Assembly: GCA_964019335.1 (NCBI GenBank)
Contig: OZ025658.1
Location: 248,001 to 312,000 of the forward strand
Length of the DNA stretch: 64,000 nucleotides
DNA from: Diplonema japonicum
Lineage: Eukaryota; Protista; Euglenozoa: Diplonemea
Direction of reading: 5' to 3'
The notes under the pieces were generated by a model, which made no database searches, was not told the origin of the DNA, and saw nothing but the letters and a program-made list of their open reading frames with translations. Position numbers and translations under genes: made by a program. Below are positions 32,170 through 42,223 of this stretch, in pieces. Positions within the stretch are counted from its first letter, which is position 1. Each line of letters begins with the position of its first letter.

Positions 32170-32784
32170 GCTTTCTTTTTCTCTCTTCTTCGAGCTTAAA
32201 CAACCCTGGAGATGTTTTTTGTTCCGGTTTTATTATTATTATTATTATTATTTTACAATGGCTCGCATAAGGAATATACTGTTTAGGAGGGAGAAAGAAA
32301 AGAAAAATATTAAGAGTCAAAAGGAAGAGAAGAAAAAGAAAAAAAAGAAAAAAAAAAAGAAAGAAAATTAAAAGGAAGACAGCAGGATCAGAAGTGAGAC
32401 AAGAACGAATCTCCAAGCTAATATCTCTGCAGGATATAAAAGGGAAAAAAAAGAGAAAGAGGGAGGGATTTTTTTTTCTTTCGTTTCGTTTTTTTTTTTT
32501 TTGCTCTTTCATTGCCCCTGCCGGAATAGGGGAAGGAGAGGGCGAGCCCCCACGTTCTGAAAGGAAAGGTGGTAATTACCCGGACAAGAATGAAAGGAGG
32601 CAGGAGAAATCCCCCTCTTTCTAGCAATCTTCCCTCTTCCTCTTTTCGTCACGTACGTGTAAATGCACTATGACCTTTTAAAACTGTAATTTTTTCGGTC
32701 GGCCAAGTGAAGGGGGAAACCACGAGAAAAAAAAAGAAGAAGGGGAAAGAAGAAACCGCTTTCTTCACCCCCTTCTCGTGTCCT

Positions 32785-33420
32785 TCATCCCGACCTCACG
32801 TCTTCAACTGCGATAGCATCGGTAGAATTTCTATTTTCAAAAAAAAAAAAGATTTTTTTTTTTAATTTTCAAAAATTTATTTAACGTACCCACCACAAAA
32901 GACTTCCTGCCAGGGCGCAGCAGTTCGCCAAGGCGGTACAACAAGATGTGTCCCCAGCATGCACTCTTTTACTTTTTTCTGTGTTTTTTTTTTTTTTTTT
33001 TTTTTTTTTCCCCCATTCTATCTCCTCCTCAAATACCGCAATAGAATCTAGCTTCACTTCCAGCACCTTTGCAGTGCCAACGTAATGCTTGTGAGATTCT
33101 TCCAAAGAAGAATAGAAACGAAGGAAATCGGGGGTGGGCCTCATGAGCTCCCAGGACTGCGCGAAATAAGGAATGAAGAGCAAGGTGGCCTGTTGCAGAG
33201 CAATGGTTAGGAAGCAATGATCTGCCAAGGACGCGGTCCTCATGCTGGTCGGTCTTACCGTGTGCAGGTGGATAGACAGCGCAGGGAATCTTTCAAGCAA
33301 CGAGGCGCCGATTCTTTTAAGTGTCTCATGGAGAACAGGGAGGGCTACTGGGGATTCGTGAAGACATAATTTACTTTGGTGTGTTAGCTCGGTGGCTACT
33401 TCGGAGAGAGTGTGCCTCAT
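32785..33420 (-). CDS. DUF506/PDDEXK-like family protein; exons 33420-33037, 32978-32890, 32830-32785
   Basis: FAQSWELMRPT..YVG pattern. Removing the A26 intron restores the family's PPWR motif (HLVVPPWRT). Confidence 0.7.
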
Positions 33421-33512
33421 GACTTCCCCCCCTCCACCCCTCCCCTCCCTTTAACTTCAACTTAAGTGTTTTAATATGTGTGACAATAGGGGGGGGGGAA
33501 AAAACTCTCTCT

Positions 33513-34688
33513 TCAGTTTTGCTGCCAAACAGAAAACCAGTTTTTCCCCCCTGGGACCTGCGCGGTTTCCGGCAGTTTTTTCACCAATTTTTCGGTTTCT
33601 TTTTGCAGCTTGTTCACCGCGATCTCCTCCTTCTTGATGGCCTCAACCATATGGTAGTACATTCTCACTTCCTCTCTGAGTTCGATAATGCTGTTCCTGA
33701 CCTTCTCTGTCGAGGTGTAAAGCTCGATCGTGCCCACAGTATCACGAGTCCGTGAATTTTTCGGAAGATTGGTGATTTGATGGTACGCAGTACATATTTT
33801 TTTCGCTTTTTGTTTTTTTTCAGGTTGTTTGGAGAGCGTGGTGGAGCTAAATGAGACGGAAGCAAGCAGGCCTCCTTCTTGTGGGTACACTGATTCAAGG
33901 GAATGGTCCTTGAAAGGGTGGAGAGCTGTTTTTATGGATTCGATGCGGGATTTTATGTCCGCCTCGCGAGATGGGGTGAAGTCTACCACGTCGTCCCATT
34001 CCTGCTCCGCGACGTCGAGCATGATCTGGTCTTTCTCCCCGTCGTACCGTGTAGCCTCTATCTCGTGGACCCACGTGCTTTTCAGTTCTTTCTTGCGCAT
34101 TTTGATTATTTCTAATGAAATTGTATAGTATCTCTTTCGTACTGCTGCTGTGCTGACAGAGAGACCGGTTCTCTCGCACAGTCTGTCGTGTACAACGTAC
34201 CACCTCACACCAAGGGTCTTCACAATGTTGAAAAGTTCCATCGTGGCGGACTCGTTCCAACCATGCTCGGCTTTTACTTCCTTTGAAAGGGCTTGGTACT
34301 CCTCGGGTGTTAGTGTAACACATTTTGGTGGTTGTAGTAAGATTGCAGCCTTTTGGTACATTTTGGGGTCCACGGGCGGTTCGCTCTTCGGTGCCCAGCA
34401 TGCTACGGTTTTCATGTCATCCTTTGTTCTCATTGGGTGGCGTACCCCTCTGACGCCCCAAGGGATCGTGGGTCGATAGTCCCATTTTTTGATGTCTTGG
34501 CCGCGTGTTACTTCTCTTCGGATCTGTGCTTCGAAGGTGGCGTCGTTGCTTCGTCCTGCAAGGGCCACGATGCCCTGGATTTTTTTTTCTACCTCGTCGA
34601 CTTCCTTCGCCATCTTGGGTTTCGGAGCTTCAAAGATGGCCGTTTTTCTCTTTTTTTTCACGCCCATGATGTCGCCTACATCGCCCAT
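33513..34688 (-). CDS. DMAP1/Swc4-like SANT-domain protein
   Basis: MGDVGDIMG start. SANT motif W...ATMELF....LGVRWYVVHDR...VRKRYY. Confidence 0.75.
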   Translation of the reverse strand: MGDVGDIMGVKKKRKTAIFEAPKPKMAKEVDEVEKKIQGIVALAGRSNDATFEAQIRREVTRGQDIKKWDYRPTIPWGVRGVRHPMRTKDDMKTVACWAPKSEPPVDPKMYQKAAILLQPPKCVTLTPEEYQALSKEVKAEHGWNESATMELFNIVKTLGVRWYVVHDRLCERTGLSVSTAAVRKRYYTISLEIIKMRKKELKSTWVHEIEATRYDGEKDQIMLDVAEQEWDDVVDFTPSREADIKSRIESIKTALHPFKDHSLESVYPQEGGLLASVSFSSTTLSKQPEKKQKAKKICTAYHQITNLPKNSRTRDTVGTIELYTSTEKVRNSIIELREEVRMYYHMVEAIKKEEIAVNKLQKETEKLVKKLPETAQVPGGKNWFSVWQQN

Positions 34689-34894
34689 TTTTTCTCTTCG
34701 TTCCCCGCCCCCTACGGTCTTGAATATTGGGTGGAATGAAAATATTGAGCGGGTAAAAAAAGAGAAAAAAAAAAAAAAAAATCGATTTCTCTGTTTTCTT
34801 TTTTTTTTTTTCTTGGAAAAAAAAAAAAGAAAAATAAAAAACAGAGACTTTTTTTCTTTCTTTCTTTCGTTTTTTTTTTTTTTTTTTTTTTGTT

Positions 34895-35575
34895 TCACAG
34901 TTTCTGGGTATACTGGCGTTTCAACGGTTGCAATGGCTGCGCCATGCTTCTTAGGATTTCTTCTCGCTTCGCCTCTCTTCTGCCTTGCTCCGCATCGTGC
35001 AGCCGTGCACACGTGGCTTGCAGGTCTGACTCTGTGATCACGTTTGGGGAGCGGTGCTTTGGGAGGAATTTTTGACGGAGAGACTTTGCGTTCACTTTTG
35101 CTTTTTCTACAGGCTGGGTAAAGAGCCGCTCAATCACATCCTTAGGAGGGAGGCTTGCTGTCTTTTTCGCATGAAAGGGTGGCATCGGTGCGTGGGGCTT
35201 TGGCAGTTGGTACAATCTGTGTGAACACCCAGTTGTTTTATTCGGTTTTCTGCTCGCATTAGCCACGTTCTCAGAGTCGTCATCCTCGTCAGCGGGCAGC
35301 AACGCACTCCTCAGTTGTTTTTTCAACAAGTGGCTGCTGCAGCCTTTCACCTTTTGCGCTGTTTTTTGCTCCCTCCCGATGCCCATGGCTTCTTCTTCAA
35401 GAGCGATGATCACTTTTAGCTGTTTCGCCATGATATCGGGGGTTAGCTTCTCCTTTTGTAGCTTTTCCAGCTCTTCGGCTGGGTTCCTTATTCGAATTGG
35501 CTGCACCGGTGCTATCCAGGGGCGCTTGATTGGAACCCCGAGGTACTGTTCCTTCGTGTCCTTTTTTACGATCAT
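34895..35575 (-). CDS. Hypothetical protein
   Basis: 226-aa ORF from MIVKKD with coding-like composition. Confidence 0.6.
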   Translation of the reverse strand: MIVKKDTKEQYLGVPIKRPWIAPVQPIRIRNPAEELEKLQKEKLTPDIMAKQLKVIIALEEEAMGIGREQKTAQKVKGCSSHLLKKQLRSALLPADEDDDSENVANASRKPNKTTGCSHRLYQLPKPHAPMPPFHAKKTASLPPKDVIERLFTQPVEKAKVNAKSLRQKFLPKHRSPNVITESDLQATCARLHDAEQGRREAKREEILRSMAQPLQPLKRQYTQKL

Positions 35576-35631
35576 TTTTATTATTATCCCCCACCGCCTT
35601 TGTCGGCTAGAGAGGATAACAAAAAGAGGGG

Positions 35632-35662
<31 letters not shown>

Positions 35663-35692
35663 AAATACATGCAGTAGCAAACGTGTAAAAGC

Positions 35693-35735
<43 letters not shown>

Positions 35736-36080
35736 ACCTCGCTCATTAGGAAGATATAAAAAAAGAAAAGAAAAAGGTAAAGCACACTTTGTTTTGACCA
35801 TTTTCGCTATGGGTGTAAGTAATTCTTATTTCCTCCGTCACTTCCCTCCGCGATGTTGGGAGTTCGTCACTCTCCGGATCACCTTCTTCGTTCCCTTCTG
35901 CGCCCCTCTCTCGCTCCCCTGCGCCGCCATGCTGTCGAACAGCTGAGGTATCCCTCTGGCCACGTGGTCAGGGACTTTAAAAGTAAACCCAACGACACCA
36001 GTAGGCATTTTTTTTTCTTTTTTTTTTTTCTCTTTTCTCCTGAAAAAAAAGTACCTGGGAAAAACTAAAAAAAAAAAAAG

Positions 36081-36565
36081 AAATAACTATTTATTGCCAA
36101 CAAATAATGGCTCATTTGGCGGCAAGTAAGTCGTTTTATTTCACTCTTCGTCATTTGAGTCACTCACTCTTCACTGCTTTCACTGCTGTTTTTTTTCACG
36201 CAGGTCAGCTTTTTGGGGATTTTCCTAAGGTAATACAGGGTAGCTATTTCGCCGTGGCATTTAAAGGGGAAGTAAGGCACTTATTCCCACTTTTAAGGGC
36301 TGGAATGGCCTCAGATGGCCAAAAATAGTCAAAATACCCCCACCCCAAAAAAATTTTTCAAGGGGTTGGGTGCATTTTTTTCCACGACAAGACCCATTTT
36401 TTCACTCTGAAGGGCCATTATTTAACTGCAAAATCTCATTATTTAACTAGTTAAATAATGGCGATTTCGCGTTAAATAATGGCCGTTTCGCGTTAAATAA
36501 TGGCCATTTCGCGTTAAATAATGAGGCCCCTAGTGAGTGAAGAAAATGACGAAGAGTGAAATAAA
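36081..36565 (+). mobile_element. ~550-bp hairpin-ended element, copy 3 (hairpin core deleted, one extra 21-bp repeat)
   Basis: Matches 2441-2994 except for a deletion between the two AAATAATG direct repeats. Confidence 0.85.
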
Positions 36566-36698
36566 GAAAAAAAATAACAGAATAAAAAAGAAACATCAGT
36601 CATGGATTAAACCCAACATAAAGAGAAAAAAAAAAAAAAAACTTTTGGCAGGTGAAGCCAGGAAATAATAATAATAATAAAAAAAAAAATCCTTTCAT

Positions 36699-37844
36699 TT
36701 ACTTTGGCAGCCCATCCTTCGTCAGCAATGACTCTTCTTCATCAAGGATAGAGGGACCGGACCCAACCTTGCTGTGAAGGATGTAGGTTAAGACACCCGC
36801 TTTTCGTTCACCGGGAAGAACATCGTCAAGGGAGGCTGGAAGCGAAGGCAAATCTCTGGCAAGGGAAGGGTCCGAAAACTTAAAAGCCGACTGGTCCGTC
36901 GGGAAGTAGCGCAGAACGAAGGAGAGGAACAGGGGGACCTCATTATCCTCGATGAAAATAAAAGCATTGGCACCAGCGTCATATGTGTACGCGGCACGCA
37001 GACGGCCATGATAGTCGTTGAAGGCCTTCACAAGGGAAACGATCTCCTCGGTGATCTCGTTCCAGTAGTCGACCTTTGGGTCGCTGGTCCTGCAAACGTT
37101 TCTAAAATCCTCGCAGTCCGCCATCGTCACAGCAGCAAAGCTTTCAAAATCTCTTCTATCGATGCTTTCACTTGCGAGTTCCATTCTCTCGGGAACCCTG
37201 TTGTCCACTCTTTCCTTCATGAACGGGGACGTGCTTGCATACCGCATGCCTTGAGTAGACGGAATGTCCTTCTTCTCCGGTTTTGACACAAGACACAACA
37301 CATTAAGATTTTCCCAATGCGTGTTGGGCTTGTGTTGAATAGACACAGATGTGTCTGGTTTTGTCAAGTCTCCTTGGACCCATTTGACAAAGCCGCCGAG
37401 GACAGAACGGCATGCAGAGCCGCTGCCCAGGCGGGCTATTTGTGAGATGTCGATTGGTGCCTTAAAGAGGTGGACTAGGCCGTAGGCAAGGGCGGAAAGA
37501 CCGGCTGCTGAGGATGCCATCCCAGCGGCGGTGGGGAAGTTGTTTTCAGACACGACACGGAGGGGCTTTGTTTTTTCGTTTTCTGGGAGAGCGTCCCTTA
37601 CTGCTCTCAGCACGTTGCCGAGCCTTCCTGCGGCGTGCCATGTTTGCTCCTCCCCGTTCAGCCACAGTTTGTCGCCCCCTTCCCAGTCCCCGTATGCTAT
37701 GCTCGTCTTTGTCCTAAACTGGTCCGTCCCGAGCGTGATGCTGAAGGAATCATTGCACGGGATTATGAGATCCTCGTCCACCTTCCCCCAGTACTTTATG
37801 AAGGCGATGTTGATGGGCGATGCAACAGTGATGCTATGCAGCAT
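36699..37844 (-). CDS. MVD: Diphosphomevalonate decarboxylase
   Basis: Motifs NIAFIKYWGK, NFPTAAGMASSAAG, ARLGSGSACRS and YTYDAGANA. Confidence 0.97.
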   Translation of the reverse strand: MLHSITVASPINIAFIKYWGKVDEDLIIPCNDSFSITLGTDQFRTKTSIAYGDWEGGDKLWLNGEEQTWHAAGRLGNVLRAVRDALPENEKTKPLRVVSENNFPTAAGMASSAAGLSALAYGLVHLFKAPIDISQIARLGSGSACRSVLGGFVKWVQGDLTKPDTSVSIQHKPNTHWENLNVLCLVSKPEKKDIPSTQGMRYASTSPFMKERVDNRVPERMELASESIDRRDFESFAAVTMADCEDFRNVCRTSDPKVDYWNEITEEIVSLVKAFNDYHGRLRAAYTYDAGANAFIFIEDNEVPLFLSFVLRYFPTDQSAFKFSDPSLARDLPSLPASLDDVLPGERKAGVLTYILHSKVGSGPSILDEEESLLTKDGLPK

Positions 37845-38016
37845 TTTTTTTTTTTCTTCTTCTTCTTTTTTTTCTTTTCCCCCTCTCCTATTTTTTTTTT
37901 TACGAAAGAATTTTTTTTTCGATGGTACGAAAAAAAAAAAAAAAAAAAAAAAAAACAAGAAATCAACATCTAAAAAAAAAAAAAATCTAGGTTTCTAATT
38001 CCCTTTCCCATTCCTT

Positions 38017-38988
38017 TCACTTTTTCAACTCATTCCACGGGATGGCGATCATCTGTTGCCCCGCCACTGCGATCAACGCTTCTTTTGTAGCGGCTGTCTG
38101 CCCCACGGGGGTGGATACAAGCCGTGCCGTGAAATTTTCCGCTTTCTTGGTAGAGACCTTAACCTTGGTGATGAACAACCCGAGCGGTCCGGAGGTGAGG
38201 AAGCAATCGTCCCTGCTAGGGAAAACGGTGATGGCCTCGATGGGGTAACGTGCTTTGTTGACTGGGTCCTTGTGGATGATGAGACGGCCTTCGTCGTCTT
38301 GCGGAACGGAGGTGAACGGGTTGGAAGCGGATTTACTGGCGAAGAAAATTCTTTGAAGAGACCCATCAGTACACCCTGCAACGAAAAATGTTTCTCGGCA
38401 AGATAATGAACGAATCTGCCTAGTGTTCAAGGTGCTAGTGGAGAGAGATCGAACCTCATGCGAGTCACCAGCAAGATCGAAGACGTGCACATCAGGGTTA
38501 TGCCTGCAAGCTACAATTAAATTCCCGTATGAAGAGATAAGATGCCATTTTTCACATTCAGGTGCGGTAATTATTCTCCTCGGCTGGATGACGTGTGTCT
38601 TTGTGTTCCACACACCTATGTCTCCTTTGCTGTCTGCGGTGATGAAGTACCCGTTTTCCTTGTTCATCGTTGCCGAGAGGATTTCTGCAGAGTGTTCCCC
38701 GATGCATTTGAAGTCGGTCTTTGTTTTTCCAGCTGCTTCAAGGCTCACATTATATACCATCCCGTTCATTACGGCTGCCCACATTACACCCTCCATTTCG
38801 TCAAGACCCACCCAGCACGGGCCTGCACCGAAGGAGGTGAACAGAAGATCTTTGAAGCCGTTTTTTAACTTGATTTTAAGTCCCGCGGTTCCGTTGTTGT
38901 ACCCCACTGCGACCATCCCGCTTTGGTGGCCAACATCTATGTTGGTTACGCTGCTTGCTTCGGGAAATGATGTTGCTGTGATGGGCAT
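38017..38988 (-). CDS. WD40 protein, divergent Rae1/Bub3-like
   Basis: WD repeats. QIRSLSC..FFVAGCTDG and RYPIEAITVFP resemble Rae1/Bub3 QxR..GSxEGR and YPVNxIxFHP. Confidence 0.6.
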   Translation of the reverse strand: MPITATSFPEASSVTNIDVGHQSGMVAVGYNNGTAGLKIKLKNGFKDLLFTSFGAGPCWVGLDEMEGVMWAAVMNGMVYNVSLEAAGKTKTDFKCIGEHSAEILSATMNKENGYFITADSKGDIGVWNTKTHVIQPRRIITAPECEKWHLISSYGNLIVACRHNPDVHVFDLAGDSHEVRSLSTSTLNTRQIRSLSCRETFFVAGCTDGSLQRIFFASKSASNPFTSVPQDDEGRLIIHKDPVNKARYPIEAITVFPSRDDCFLTSGPLGLFITKVKVSTKKAENFTARLVSTPVGQTAATKEALIAVAGQQMIAIPWNELKK

Positions 38989-39553
38989 TTTTTTTTTTTT
39001 TTCCCCTCTCAAAAATAAGTCCCTTTTGATTTTTTTTTGTAATTTTTGAACAAAAAAGAAATAAAGAAAAAAAGAAATGTGGGGGGGGGAGGGGTGTATC
39101 TGAATCATGGTTTTGTCTTTTTTTTTTTTTTTTTTTTTTTTTATACTGTTCCAGAAATGAAGGAGGGACAGGCCCACCATTTCTTCGGGGGGGTTTTTTT
39201 TTTTAAAAAAAAGGAAATATTAGTTCGCTTCTTTTTTTTTTTTCCAGTCTATATTGAAGTATGAAAAAAAGAAGAGGAAATAATGGGCGTTCTGGACTCC
39301 CTTTCAATTTTTTTTGTTTTTTGGGCAATTCGACTGTCCGAACCCTGAAAGCGGGAGTAAGGTGTGTCTTTCCCCCCCATTTCTTCTTTTTTTTCTCTTC
39401 TTCTTTGCATGAAGAAAAACTCGCAATCTGAACGAGTTTAAAACCACGATCTACATTTTGATTTGGCACTTTTTTTCTTTCTTTCTTTCTTTTTTTTTTC
39501 CGTACGCTCCTTTTTTTCCCTTTCCATTTCTTTCGTCGGAAAAAAGGAGAATA

Positions 39554-41155
39554 CTGTAAAACGAATAATGTCGGACAGAAAAACTCCCGGACATTTTGGG
39601 AGTTTTTCTGGGAAGAAGTTTTTTTACTTAAGGGGGGGGTAGCAGCTCCCACCACGTTTGCCTGGAAGGGCTTTATTCCTTGTGCAGAGCCAAAATGTTT
39701 ACCCTGCGTGGCAGTTTGAATTTTTCTTCCCTTTTCAATGCACCAACAAACGGGATCTTTAACTTCTCATAAACCCGTACTTCTTTCGTCAGATTAACCA
39801 GTTCGACTACCCAAGGCACGTTGAGCAGCTGGCTTGTGGGGCCCAACTTTGGTGCTGACACCCCCGGCCAGCTCACCCCCGAGAGGTGGAGGAGATAAAC
39901 TCCTTACACCGGGCCGAGAAGGCCAGTACAAACCCCCGAAAGCAGCTTGGCGGCCCCTGCCTCGGTCAGAAGACGGCAGCAACAGGTTCAACAGAGCCCC
40001 CGGTTTCTTCCAGACGGAAATACTGGACGTTGCTATTCACCCTACCACACCCTGGCCGCCGCGACGCCGTGATAGCAGCGTATCGCCCAATACGGGATTT
40101 AGCATCCTTCGGGGGCTGAAAGGTTTTTGCTTGAGTCGATAGGTAAAACGGGCTTGGCGAGCTTATCCCAGCACCACAAATATGCACCTATAGAAGAGCT
40201 GCTGCGCGCCAATCCAGCCCGAAAGACAAACCTGGCAGACTTTGGTGGAGCACTGTCCTTTTCCACTGACTAGGCTGACAAAACTTTGCAGCAAGAAAGA
40301 CAAAAGCCGCAAGCCACCTCCGGAAAGCCCGGAAACGAGAAGGACAACGAGAGGGCACGCTGTTTCACCATGGAATTCAATTCAGGTCCATAATCGACAC
40401 CCATAAAGTAAGGCCGGAATACAGGGTTAAAAACTAAAACGAAAAGGGGTGCTAAGGTCGTAAAAGTCCGTGGCTTGGGGGACAAAACGGGCTATAACCG
40501 AACAGCTGGCTGTTTCCTTGGCTGGATGGGTTGCATCCGCAACTTAAATACAAAGGCAAAGCGGAAACGCAACCGGCAGGGATTATCCGTGCCCCGGTCA
40601 AGCACCTGCCCACCGAATGGAGCCTAACGGCATCGCCCAATCATTGGGCTAATTATGATACTCGGTATCTGGGTTACAGAGCTGTTTCTTCCTTTTTTGC
40701 TATAAATCATCGATTCCCATGGTTTTGCCGAACGGGCCGATTCTGCTGCTTGTCGGCGACCACAACTCTCATACGACCTATGCCTATGGGTTCGTAGAGT
40801 TGTTCGCAGGCGCAAACGTGCACATTGCTTTTGTCCCCCTGGGCTCACCTACCTGGTTCAACCGATGGATATTGGGTTGAACGCAGCTGTAAAGCATCTA
40901 TTAAGAAAGGTAGTAGGCCACACGAAGGCTCGACAAGCTGATTGCCTCAGGGGCAGCAAGGGAGGACAAAGATGCAGAAAGGGAACCCTGGGGGTTTCTT
41001 CGCGCGGTTGCCGTTTGCAGCCCAGGCCAGTATAGTATGTAGGTAGTGGACCAGGCCCCCTGACGGTCTTACCTAAAAAAAACTCCCGGACGGAAAAATT
41101 CCAGGACGCCAAAAAAACTCGGACATTTTTCCGTCCGGGAGTTTTTCGTTTTACA
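39554..41155 (+). mobile_element. Degenerate pogo/Tigger-like (DDE_1) DNA transposon
   Basis: TIR TA|CTGTAAAACGAA ... TTCGTTTTACA with subterminal AAAAACTCCCGGAC repeats. Frameshifted remnants PQLKYKGK, SPNHWAN, WVTELFLP, PILLLVGDHNSH and NVHIAFVP/GLTYLVQPMDIGLNAAVK. Confidence 0.85.
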
Positions 41156-41965
41156 TGAAAAAAAAAAAAAAAAAAAGAAAAAAAAGAAAAAGAAAAAAAA
41201 CTAGTAAGCAGAAAAAAGGGGATGAAAGGGGATATTATGAACGAGAGGCGATGAGAAAGAATAAAGGGAAAGAAAAGAAACCTCGATTAAATTTCAGTGT
41301 GCATGGGGGGTGCTCACTTAAAGAAAGAAAAAACAAACTGCTTTTTTTTTTTTTTCTCTTTTTTTTTTTTTTCTCTTTTTTTTTTCCTTTCTTTTTTTGG
41401 GAGGGCGTAACTCAGTGGGAAAGGTCATTAGATAAACTACGTGCTTCTTGCAGTAATAAACTAAATTCATTTTTCTTTTGTGAATACGTGACTTATTGCA
41501 AAGCAATAAAATAACAAAAAAAAATTTTTTTAACGTCAAGGTGACACAAGTCAAAAGTTCAACGACTGTCACCTGGCACTGACTTTCCTAAAGTGACTCG
41601 CTTAAGGGGAGGTGTCGTCACGCACCTAGACCCGGTCAAAGGTCTTGCTGCCCCCCAAAAACACATTCAGAAAAAAAAGGGGGGGGGGAACCGATAAAAT
41701 TCCAGTGAGACACATTTGGGACATAAAATGGTTCAGGGAGATTCTACAGCAAAAATTCCACTTTTCCCTCCCCCCCCCTTTTTTTTTAAAAAAAAGATTT
41801 TTCTTGTAAAAGAAGAAGGAAAAAAAAAAAAAAAAAAAAAAAAGTAGCTTTTGCTATTTTTCCGCCTCACCATCTTTTATGATTTTGTGTTTTGCTGCAG
41901 TTAGTGGGGAGACTCGGATTTTTATTTTTTTTAAATTATTTTTTCCTTCTTTGACAACCGACGAA

Positions 41966-42010
<45 letters not shown>

Positions 42011-42223
42011 ATTGCAACATAACTAATATCTCCATGAGCCATACTGGCTCAGGCTATCCCCGCCCCAAAGAGAAAAAGGGGGGTAGAAAAAAAAAAGATG
42101 GGGGGAACAAAAAAAACTCAGAAAAAAAAAAAAACTAAACTAAACCGCACCACTCCCCCTTCCCCCTTTCATTCTTATTCCAACTTCCAACAGGACGACA
42201 GCAAAAAAAAACCCCCCCCAACA

